Source: Akkermansiaceae bacterium (GTDB lineage Bacteria; Verrucomicrobiota; Verrucomicrobiia; Verrucomicrobiales; Akkermansiaceae). From it: a stretch of DNA of 39,865 bases. The translations under genes and the position numbers were made by a program. The stretch lies in NCBI GenBank assembly GCA_043782285.1, contig JAYWAR010000106.1, positions 1-39,865 of the forward strand, read 5' to 3'. Positions 25,647 through 35,700 of this stretch are shown here, piece by piece; position 1 is the stretch's first letter, and every line of letters begins with the position of its first letter. The notes beneath the pieces are model-generated. The model saw only the letters and a program-made list of their open reading frames with translations. It made no database searches and had not been told where the DNA came from.

Positions 25647-28025
25647 TTAGCGGAATTTCACCCCGAGTGTCTTCGTCAGCGCTTCGAGAACTTTTTGGTG
25701 GGCGGCGTCGATCTCTTCGGTTTTGAGCGTGCGGGTGGCTTCGCGATAAATGAAGCGGTAGGCGACGGACTTGCTGTCGGCGGCGATTTTCTGGCCGCTG
25801 GGATCGGTGAAGACGTCGAAGCATTCGCTGGAAATGAGCAGAGGCTCAGCGAGTTTGGCGATGACCGCTTCGATCTGGGAGTTGGGCGTGGTGAGTGGGA
25901 GCTCCATCGCGGCGTCGCGGGAGGAGCCGGGAAATTGTGGCAGATCTTCGACGTGGCTGGTGGCGGTGAGGAGCTTGCGGAGTTTTCCGAGGTCGAGCTC
26001 GGCGACGAAGACGGGGGTGATGAAGTCGAGCTCACGCTCGCGGGCAGGGGTGAGCCGGGCGAAGACGCCGATGTTCTGGTCATTGATTTTGATGTCGCTG
26101 GCGAGAACGAAGCCAGGGCGCTCCTTGGGGGTAAAAGTGATTTTTCGATCGCCGAGTAGGGCGGAGAGGATGGCTTTGAGGTCGTAGAGATCGGCAGTGC
26201 GGTCGGCTTGGGACCAGCCGGTCGGTTGGGCGGAGCCGGAGAGCAGGAAGGCGAGGGTCTCGCTTTCCTGGTCCTTCGCCTTGCCGCCGCCGGCGTTGCG
26301 GAAGACCCGGCCCATTTCGAAGAAGCGCAGCGACTTTGCCTGCTGACGGACGTTTCTCGCCGCAGAGGCGATCAGGCCGGGAACGATGCTGGGGCGCATC
26401 ACGGCGTGGTCTTCGCTGAGTGGGAGTTTCACGCGGATGACGTCGCCATCTTGGAGTGGGCGCAGCAGCAGGACGTCGGAAACTTGGGCGTCTGAAATGA
26501 GTTTGATGGTCTGGCACTCGTGTAGGCCGAGCGCGGCGAGGCGGCGGCGGAGGACCATGTCAGCATCGTAAGCGGCATCGACTGGACTGGCGGGGACGAA
26601 GGTGCCTTGGAAGCGCGAGGGCACCTTGGCCAAGCCGTGGACACGGGCAATTTCCTCGACGAGATCGATGTGGCGCTGGAGGTCGGCGCGGAAGGAGGGG
26701 ACTTCCCAAGTGGCGTCAGCGAGTTTGATGAGGCCGAGGCGAGTGAGGATTTCCTCGGCGTCGGGCAGAGCGATGGAGCCGCCCATGAGTTGGTCGAGTT
26801 TCTGGGCGTCGAGGGTGACGGGTTTGGTCAAAACGGGAGCTGCGCCTGCGACTTGGGTGGTCGCTTCTGCGGTGCCACCGGCGAGTTCGAGGATGAGTTT
26901 CACGGCGAAGGCTGAGGCGGTGAGGACGCCGGCAGGATCGACGCCGCGCTCGAAGCGGTAAGAGGAATCCGAGGATAGAGCGGTGCGGCGCGAGCTGCGG
27001 CGGATGACTTGCGGGGTGAAATAGGCGGACTCGAGTAGAATTTCGGTGGTGGTTTCGGTGACGCCGCTGGTGGCTCCGCCCATCACGCCGGCGAGGGCGA
27101 GGGCGGCTCCGGATTCATCGGAAATGAGGAGGTCGTCGGGAGTGAGGAGGTGGCTGGATTCATCGAGCGCGAGGAAAGTTTCGCCCTCGGTGGCGTTGCG
27201 GACGATGATGTGGCCGGTGAGTTTCGCGGCGTCGAAGGCGTGCAGCGGTTGGCCGAGTTCGTGGAGCACGAAGTTGGTGACATCGACGATGTTGTTAATC
27301 GGACGCAGGCCGATGGATTCGAGGCGCTGCTTGAGCCAAGTGGGGGATTCTTGGATGGTGACGCCGGAGATGCGGACGGCGGTGTAGAGCGGGCAAGCGG
27401 TGGGTGCGTCGAGCCGAATGGTTAGTGCGGACGAGACGTCCGGACTTCTGATTTCCAGTGGCAACAGTGGAGTTTTTAGCAATGTCGCAAGCTCGCGGGC
27501 CATGCCGCGGTGGCTGAGGAGATCGGGGCGGTTCGGGGTGACTTCGAGTTCGAGCAGGGTGTCGGAATCGAAGAGTTGTTTCACGGGTTTGCCGATTTCG
27601 GAATCGGGCGGAAGGATGAGCAAACCATCCTCACCAGCAGGTAGGCCAATTTCGGCGGCGGCGCAGAGCATGCCTCTGGATTCGACTTTCCGCATGATGG
27701 TCTCGCCGATGGTGAAGCCGCCGGGAAGTTCCGCACCGGGAAGGGCGCAGGGGACTTTATCGCCGGCTTTGTAGTTTTGCGCGCCGCAGACGATTTGGCG
27801 GAGAGTGGCTTCGCCGCAATCGACTTGGGTGACTTTCAAGCGGTCAGCATTCGGGTGCTGGACGGCTTCCATGATCTGGGCGACGACGATGCGCTCCGAG
27901 GCGATGCCTTTGGAAAGGATGCCCTCGACTTCGACGCCGGCGAAGGTGAAGAGGTCGTCGATTTCCTGGATGGATTTGCCGGATAGATCGAGGTGGGTGG
28001 CGAGCCAGTTGAGAGAGATGTTCAT
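25647..28025 (-). CDS. pheT: Phenylalanine-tRNA ligase beta subunit
   Basis: HPNADRL, QIVCGAQN, ESRGMLC, LEVTPNRPDLLS, SSYRFERGVD, PSFRADL..IDLVEEIAR and a C-terminal FDX-ACB domain. Confidence 0.97.
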   Translation of the reverse strand: MNISLNWLATHLDLSGKSIQEIDDLFTFAGVEVEGILSKGIASERIVVAQIMEAVQHPNADRLKVTQVDCGEATLRQIVCGAQNYKAGDKVPCALPGAELPGGFTIGETIMRKVESRGMLCAAAEIGLPAGEDGLLILPPDSEIGKPVKQLFDSDTLLELEVTPNRPDLLSHRGMARELATLLKTPLLPLEIRSPDVSSALTIRLDAPTACPLYTAVRISGVTIQESPTWLKQRLESIGLRPINNIVDVTNFVLHELGQPLHAFDAAKLTGHIIVRNATEGETFLALDESSHLLTPDDLLISDESGAALALAGVMGGATSGVTETTTEILLESAYFTPQVIRRSSRRTALSSDSSYRFERGVDPAGVLTASAFAVKLILELAGGTAEATTQVAGAAPVLTKPVTLDAQKLDQLMGGSIALPDAEEILTRLGLIKLADATWEVPSFRADLQRHIDLVEEIARVHGLAKVPSRFQGTFVPASPVDAAYDADMVLRRRLAALGLHECQTIKLISDAQVSDVLLLRPLQDGDVIRVKLPLSEDHAVMRPSIVPGLIASAARNVRQQAKSLRFFEMGRVFRNAGGGKAKDQESETLAFLLSGSAQPTGWSQADRTADLYDLKAILSALLGDRKITFTPKERPGFVLASDIKINDQNIGVFARLTPARERELDFITPVFVAELDLGKLRKLLTATSHVEDLPQFPGSSRDAAMELPLTTPNSQIEAVIAKLAEPLLISSECFDVFTDPSGQKIAADSKSVAYRFIYREATRTLKTEEIDAAHQKVLEALTKTLGVKFR

Positions 28026-28046
28026 GAGAAAAGAGGAAGATTTTTT

Positions 28047-28144
28047 AACCGCAGATGGATGCAGATAAACGCAGATGGAAGAAGGGATGAAGAGTTTGAG
28101 GCACCGCGAATCTGGCGAATAAGAAATTCAAGCCCTTATCTGCG
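28047..28144. repeat. 10-bp-period GCAGAT tandem repeat with one inverted copy
   Basis: AACC-GCAGATGGAT-GCAGATAAAC-GCAGATGGAA (28047-28080) and inverted TTATCTGCG (28136-28144). Confidence 0.7.
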
Positions 28145-28178
28145 CTTAAATGATTCTTCGGCGAACTGCCAGACCGAG

Positions 28179-28538
28179 CTAGACTTTGAGGATGGCTTTG
28201 AGTTGGGAGATGAAAACGCCTTCATCCTTGTTGGTTCCATCAGCATTGAGGACTTTGAGAGTTTCGTTCATGACGAATAGGGCGGTGGCAGGATCGGAGA
28301 AGAGTGGCGCGAGCTTCTCCAGATAGATTCTCACTTGGTCGGTCGATCCCGCCACGTCGCGGGCGCGGGCGATGGAGGAGCTTATATGGATTGAGGAACT
28401 CAAATTTTCGTCCCAGTCGATACTGCCGATTTCCTCTTGGATCGCGTCTTCTTCTAAAAGCGAAAAGTGGCCGTCGATGCACATCGCGAGGACGAGAATA
28501 TCGGCGAAGGCTTCACATTGTGATTGGGTAAGTGTCAT
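28179..28538 (-). CDS. TerB-like protein inserted between pheS and pheT
   Basis: LAMCIDGHFSLLEEDAI and VLNADG...DE..FISQL, the two (A/I)DG-x-E repeats typical of the TerB fold. Confidence 0.7.
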   Translation of the reverse strand: MTLTQSQCEAFADILVLAMCIDGHFSLLEEDAIQEEIGSIDWDENLSSSIHISSSIARARDVAGSTDQVRIYLEKLAPLFSDPATALFVMNETLKVLNADGTNKDEGVFISQLKAILKV

Positions 28539-28558
28539 GGTCGTATGCGGAATAGAGA

Positions 28559-29575
28559 TTATGCAAACTGCTTAAGAAACCGCGCGTCGTTTTCGATGAG
28601 CAGACGGATGTCCTTGATGCCCCAGCGGATCATGGCGAGGCGGTCGAGGCCCATGCCGAAGGCGAAACCGGTGACTTTTTCGGGGTCGAAGGCGTTGTCT
28701 TGGCGAGACTTGTTGATGGCCTCGAAGACGGCGGGATCGACCATCCCGCAGCCGGCGATTTCGATCCATTTCGGTGCTTGGCCTTTGACGGTGAGTTTCA
28801 CGTCGATCTCGAAACTCGGCTCAGTGAACGGGAAAAAGTGCGGGCGGAATCTCACTTCCGTGGCGGTGCCGAAGAGTTCGCGGAGGAAATATTCGAGGGT
28901 GCCTTTGAGATCGGGCAAGGAAACATCGGTGCCGACGTAGAGACCTTCGAGCTGGTTGAAAACAGAGAGATGGGTCGCATCGATCTCGTCGCGGCGGTAG
29001 GCGGAGCCGGGGGCGATGATGCGGATCGGTGGGGTTTGACTCTCCATGGTGCGGACTTGCACGCTGGAGGTGTGGGTGCGCAGGAGCTTGCCGGAGTCGA
29101 AATAGAAGGTATCTTTTTCGTTGCGGGCCGGGTGGTCGGCAGGGGTGTTGAGGGCATCGAAACAGTGAAACTCATCCTCAATTTCCGGGCCGTCGGCGAG
29201 TGCGAAGCCCATCCGGCGGAGGATCCGAATCGCTTCGTCCCGGATTAAAGTGAGCGGATGCAGCGAGCCGACGGAAACTTGGCGGGCCGGCAAAGTGACG
29301 TCGATACCTGCGAGCGCAGCGCGGTCAGCAATTTCGCGGAGGACGATTTGCTTCTCCTCCAGCGCGGCGGTGATCGCGCTGCGGGCGGCGTTGAGGAGCT
29401 GGCCGACAGCGGCTTTGTCCTCCTTCGGCACGTCCTTGATGCCGGCGGCGACAAGCGTGAGCGTGCCTTTTTTGCCGAGTACGGCGACGCGGGCGTCGTC
29501 AAGTGCGCGCTCGTCGCTGGCGGCGGAAATTTGCGCAAGCGCTTCAGTTTGGATGGCTTCGATTTGCTCCTTCAT
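28559..29575 (-). CDS. pheS: Phenylalanine-tRNA ligase alpha subunit
   Basis: FDALNTPADHPAR..DTFY, LLRTHTSSVQ, DATH..FNQLEGL, FPFTEPSFE and GFAFGMGLDRLAM. Confidence 0.98.
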   Translation of the reverse strand: MKEQIEAIQTEALAQISAASDERALDDARVAVLGKKGTLTLVAAGIKDVPKEDKAAVGQLLNAARSAITAALEEKQIVLREIADRAALAGIDVTLPARQVSVGSLHPLTLIRDEAIRILRRMGFALADGPEIEDEFHCFDALNTPADHPARNEKDTFYFDSGKLLRTHTSSVQVRTMESQTPPIRIIAPGSAYRRDEIDATHLSVFNQLEGLYVGTDVSLPDLKGTLEYFLRELFGTATEVRFRPHFFPFTEPSFEIDVKLTVKGQAPKWIEIAGCGMVDPAVFEAINKSRQDNAFDPEKVTGFAFGMGLDRLAMIRWGIKDIRLLIENDARFLKQFA

Positions 29576-29650
29576 GTGAAAAAACAGTTAAATAGACCGA
29601 AATCCGCCAGCGGTCAAAGCCAAGCTGCGGGAGTCTTGCTGGCGGCGATG

Positions 29651-29665
29651 GGAGGCAGAGCCTCC
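29651..29665. repeat. REP-like mini-hairpin
   Basis: GGAGGC-AGA-GCCTCC at the GC-rich to AT-rich transition. Confidence 0.5.
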
Positions 29666-29758
29666 TAAGTTTTTAATCAACAGTTAAACACTCAACTTAT
29701 TAAGTTTATAAAAAGGATTTGCAAAAATAATGAATTTAAAATAATTGGAAATATCTCT

Positions 29759-32700
29759 ATGATGACTCTTAAACCCAAGCAGTCCCGTCGGTTCAATATT
29801 TTTCAAATTCTCGGCCTAATCGGACTGGTCGCGATTGGCATTTTTTGGAAAAAGTTTCCGCCTGATCAAACCCATCCAATGGCGGAAGTTCAGCCGCCGC
29901 GTGCAAAACCGCGACCTGCAGCGGCAGCGGCGCAAATCCCGGCGGATGCCGTTAGGCAAGAGACCGCTGCGGTGGTGCCAGCGACTTCCAAGTTTCCAAA
30001 TGTTGCGAGCCGAATCGCCTTGCCAGATTTTACAAAAATCGAAGCGTTTCAACTATGGTCAAAGCGCTGGTTACAGGCGAACTCGGCACAGCGTGCGGCG
30101 CTGACTCAAGAGGGAATTGCTCTGGCTGAGGTGCGTCGTGCTGAATTTAAAGCACTGATTGTCAGCGATCCTCGGCGGGCCTTGGCTGAGGCGGTGCCAA
30201 GAGTGATCCGCCAAGATCTACCTGCTGCGATTCAGAATTTACTGGAGCAACCTGTTTCAGCCAAAGGTGAGCTCAACGTTTATTTTGGTAAAGCTGCGCC
30301 CGGGGTTCAGATCGCAGCTGCCGATCTGATTTTACATGGCTTTGAAGCGGATGGGGTGAGCTATGTCCCTCACTTTTTTGGGCAACTCGCGAGTATCACT
30401 TCCAAAAAAGGTGTGCCTTTGCGTGGAATCGCGATTGATCGCGATTTTGCTGTGGCAGAGAATGCGGTACGTTCTTTAGAGCTAGGTGAGCGAATTGAGA
30501 CTGGCACCACCGTCGAGCAGACTTGTCCGGTCTCCGGACTCACCAGTGCTGCAATCACGGAAGGTGAAACGGTTACTTTGGCAACGCCTACCGTGGAAAT
30601 TGGCAAACGGATTATCCAGCTCTGTGACGATTCACATGTCACGGTATTGGAAGATAATTTCCGCACTTACATCCAAGCCAGCGGTCCGGGCGGTGGCGGT
30701 TTCTTTTACGACAATTTCCCGGGTACCAGCTCGCGCGCGATCGGTAATTTCCGTTGCCTCTACATTCGTGTCACCTACCCAGACCAACAAATCCAACCAA
30801 TTACTGAAGAACAAGCCTATGCGGACATGCGCGACAACGCCCGTTTTTATCTGGAAAATTCGTATGGGAAACTGACTCAGACTGCCACCGTCACCTCCCT
30901 CGTCACTTTGCCCCACACTCTCGCTTGGTATAAGACACAAACCCAAGGGCAGGACGGGCTCAACTTGATTCATACTGACTCGTCAGCTGCTGCGCTTGCG
31001 CTGGGTTACGATTCCACTCAATTTGATTGCACCATTGTTCGCATCAATGACGGTCCACTCTTAGCTGGCTCCTCATGGGGCGGTGGCAACCGAGTCTGGC
31101 TCACTTGGAATGGGATGGATGTTCTCAATCACGAGGCGGGTCACTCATTGGGTATCAATCACGCCAATTTTTGGAATTCGCTCGATGGCACTCCCTACGG
31201 CTACGGCGAAAACGCAGAATACGGCAATGATTTTGATGTGATGGGAAACGGTTACGGTTTCAGTGCACATTATAATACCGTCAGTAAGCGTCTGCTGGGA
31301 TGGCTGCCTGATAACGCGATCCATTTTGCAAAAAACAATGGCACTTATCGGGTCTATGCCTACGATCAACCTACGTTGGAAGAGGGAAAACGCTATGGAC
31401 TCAACGTCGCGAAAGACAGTGTCCGTCAGTATAACCTCGAATTCCACCCTGCACGGGGCGGGCGCCTTGCCGACAGCGCGTTGGTTATTTATAGCGGCAT
31501 GGGATCTAACGCCGGCCATTTGCTCGATACCACTCAACGCAGTCCTGACGGTAAAAATGATGGTGGCATCGCGGTTGGCCGTACCTATTCCGACCTTGAG
31601 GCGGATATGCATTTCACCGTCTTGGGTGTGAATGCTACTACCCCGCCATCACTCGACATTACCTTCAATCGCGGCCCATTTCCTGACAATCTAGCTCCTG
31701 TTGCTACCCTAGCAAGCACTGCCACTACCATCGCTGTCGGCGGCAGTGTCACTTTCACTGCCACTGCAAGTGACGCCAATGGCGATGCACTGGCCTATCG
31801 TTGGGAATGCGCTGATGGTGAGTCTGGGCCAAATGGCGCAACCTATACCCGCAGTTTCAGCAGTGCGGCTCAAGTGACTGTGATGCTCACCGTATCTGAC
31901 ATGAAAGGTGGCAACGTACGGCGCTCGGTGGTGATAGAAGTTGGAAATCATGGCAAACAAGCGGTTACCGGGACAGTCACCGCCGGTGGATTGCCGCTAT
32001 CGGGAGTTTATCTTTCCAATGGCAGTAAATCTTGTTTTTCGAACACAGATGGGACTTACGCGCTGGCGGGTTTGAGCAGCGGCTCGCAAACATTCACTGC
32101 GGTCCTAAACGGTTACACACTGACTCCAACATTCACCAATCCTTTGACTGTCGCCGTCGGCACTAACACCGCGAACTGGACCGCAATTGGCGCGACTACG
32201 GTGACACTCAGTAAAGTTACCGACGCGGTCGAAGGTGGCGTCTCGGGCAGTTTCCGGCTCACCCGCAGTGGCGACACCAGTGCTGCTTTGGTGGTCTTGG
32301 TTTCACCGGTTGGCGGAACTGCCATTAAAAATACGGACTACACCTTCACGCCAGACTATGCCGATTCTGGCTCTTTCAAATCTTTTACGATTCCTGCCGG
32401 AGCAGCGACCCTCGACATCGCGGTTGCCGCGATTGATGATATCATTCAGGAAGGACCGGAATCGATTAGATTGCAACTCGCTGGAGCGGTTGGCTATCTG
32501 GCAAACACAAACAGCGCGGTGATCATGACCTTGGTCGATAATGACAGTAGCCTGCCCTTAGTCAGCGTCACAGCGCCTGATCCTTACGCCACCGAGGCCC
32601 CGTCAGGCGATACGGGAACCTTTAAATTCTCCCGCGTCGGCTCGACCACCGCAGCCTTGAATTTGACTGTCGCTTGGTCCGGTACTGCCACCAACGGCGT

Positions 32701-35700
32701 CGATTATGCAACTCTACCTACGACCGTCACCATTCCGGCTGGTCAAAATTTCGTCAATCTGACACTTACTCCTAGCGATGATACTTTGATCGAAATACCT
32801 GAAGATGCGATTGTTACCATTGGCGCGAACAGCAGTCTTTACCTCCTTGATAGTTCCTCTAACACGGCCACCGTCACGATCACCGATGATGACACCCCGG
32901 TAGTTACGGTTAGCGTGCCAGACGCAATTGCCTCGGAGTCGGGGCCTAATTCGGGTGTGTTTTTAGTCACTCGCAGCGGTAGTACCAATGTGGCGCTAAA
33001 AGTTTACTACGGCCTTTCCGGTAGCGCTTTGCACGGTACTGATTACGCACCATTGAACGGTGAAGTCATCATTCCCGCAGGCGCGAAGAGTGCGCCCATC
33101 GTGATCACTCCTTACGATGATGATATTGCGGAGCCTACCGAAATGGTTACCCTCGCACTCGCGAATTTTAACGACACCTATAGCATTGGCATTCCGTCGC
33201 AAGGTAGTCTCGAGCTCCTTGATAATAGCGACAGCCCGCTGGTCAGTGTTCGCCCAGGTGCTGTCGGTACCGAGGGTGGCAGTAATCCAACATTCATTTT
33301 CCATACCATTGGCAACGGCTCGGGTACGATTAACCTAAATTACACACTCAGTGGCAGCGCAACTTCTGGCAGCGATTATACCGCACTTTCCGGGACTATT
33401 AGCGTCCCTGCCAATGGCTCGAGTGATACGACCTTGAGCATTCCGCTGCTCGACGATAGCCTTGCAGAAGCGACTGAAACGGTAATTTTGAAAATCACGC
33501 CGTCGCCAAATTATCGGATTTACAATGATGGCACAGCTGAAGACGTGATCCTCGACAATGACAGCGGCGGTGACCGGGTGATGATCTCGACCGTCAATCA
33601 ATTCCCCTCAGAGGCGGGTCCGGTTGTTGGGACTTTCTATATTTCACGGAAGGCCACTGTCGGAAGTTTGAATGTCAACTATGCCATTTCGGGTACAGCC
33701 ACGAACGGCATTGACTACCAGTCACTCAGTGGCAGCGTGGTGATTCCTGACGGCCAACTCGGGGTGAATTTGGTGATGACTCCTATCGACGACACCGGGG
33801 TTGAAGGTACCGAAACCGTAACTCTGACTATTTTGCCGGGCACGGGCTATGGTCCAGATCGGCCGACAAGTGCCACTTATGAAATTGCTGACAACGAGAA
33901 CTCAGCGATTACTGTTGGTTTCCAGCAGAGTTCCTTATTGACGAATGAAAAACCGGGGATTCTGGGTGAATATCGTGATATCCCGGTGCTGCTTTCTGCC
34001 ACATCTGCGAATACGATTCGCGTCAATTTTACCTGTGCTGGTGGCAATGCTGCGGGTGACGACGTCGATTGGGCTTTCATCGATGCGGCAAATGGCAATA
34101 CGCCAATTCCGGGTGGCACCTTGACGTTCCTGCCGGGAGTCACCTCACAGAACCTGCGGATACGAATTAAAAACGACAATGTTGTCGAAGGTTCTGAGAT
34201 AGCTCTCCTGAAATTGCAAGCCCCTTATAATGCCTCACTGACCAGTGGTCACAGTCAACTCAGCGTCACGATTTTTGACGATCTTCCGCCAACGCTGATC
34301 ACCGAAGAGCGTTGGAATGGCGGTAGTGTTTATAATAACAATACTTGGGACAGTATCCCAGCAGATTATACCAGTTATCTAAGTGGCTATACCACGGCAC
34401 AGGATGTTGCGGAAAATTATTCTCGTCGGCTTAGTGGCCAAATCGTCGCGCCTAGCACTGGAGTCTATACTTTTTGGATCGCTTCTGATGATGCTTCGAG
34501 GCTGTATTTAAGCACAGATTCGACTGCCGCGAAAAAAGTCAAAATTGCCAGCCTCAGCGGTTGGACCAGCTTCCAAAATTGGGATAGCAATCCCACTCAG
34601 AAGTCTGCTGCAATCACCCTGACTGCGGGTCAATCCTACTACATGGAAGTTCAGCATCAAGAAGGCGGCGGTGGTGATCACGTTTCTGTTGCTTGGCAGG
34701 GGCCGGGATTCAGTCGGGTTCCTGTCAGCAATCCTATCCCAGACACGGCTCCCCGCACCATTCGGATGCTCACGGCAGCAAGTACCAGAAATGAGACGGA
34801 TGGTACTGAGCCACTATTACAAGTTCTGCTAGATCGTGCTGCAGGTAGCACTCCAATCACCGTCAACTATTCCGCGTCCGGCACTGCGGTCAATGGTCGC
34901 AACTACACACTCCCTTCCGGGATTCTCACTTTTGCCACGGGTGAACAAATGAAAGCGATTCCGCTGATTCTACTCGCCGATAACTCTGCCGAGGTGACAA
35001 AAACCATCATCATCACTCTGTCGAATCCGTCTGGGGCCAATTTATCATCTCCTTCGTCACATACGATTCAACTCATCGATATCGCTACGCCAATCGTGAA
35101 TACTGTGTTTGGCACAGCTTCCTCAAGCCAAGCGATTAACAGTGTGGTTGCCACCGCCACTGCCACTGCGAGCAGTGGGCAAACGATCACAGGTTGGTCG
35201 ATCATTAGCGGCAATACAGGCAGTGTATTCAGTATGAATGCCAGTGGTCAAATTATCCTCGTTCGGCCTACCGCTCTTCTCAATCCTGAAACGATCCAAC
35301 TCAGTGTCCGCGCCATGGGAAGTCTGGGTTTATCGGGTGACGGACTCGTCAATATTATTTGCAATCCTGGCACTCAAGCGGTAGCCGAAAAGCGTTGGAA
35401 TGGCGACACTGCTTTCCTGAATCAAAACTGGAGCGGGACGGCTTCTTATTCCGGGACTCTTGCGACAATGACTGCCTTACAAGACATCGGCGAAAACTAC
35501 TCACGCCGCTTGACCTCATTTCTCAAGACCCAAACGAGTGGTGACTACACCTTTTGGATCGCAGGCGATGACGATTGCAGGCTTTACCTTAGCACTGACG
35601 CCAATGAGGCAAACAAGGTCCTCATTGCCCGAGTGGACGGCCATACCGATTTTCAAAAGTGGGATTCAAACAGCTCTCAAAAATCTGTGACGATCCCACT

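Noticed and set aside
28179-28538. Tellurite resistance operon
   Set aside because: A single TerB-fold gene with no other ter genes.
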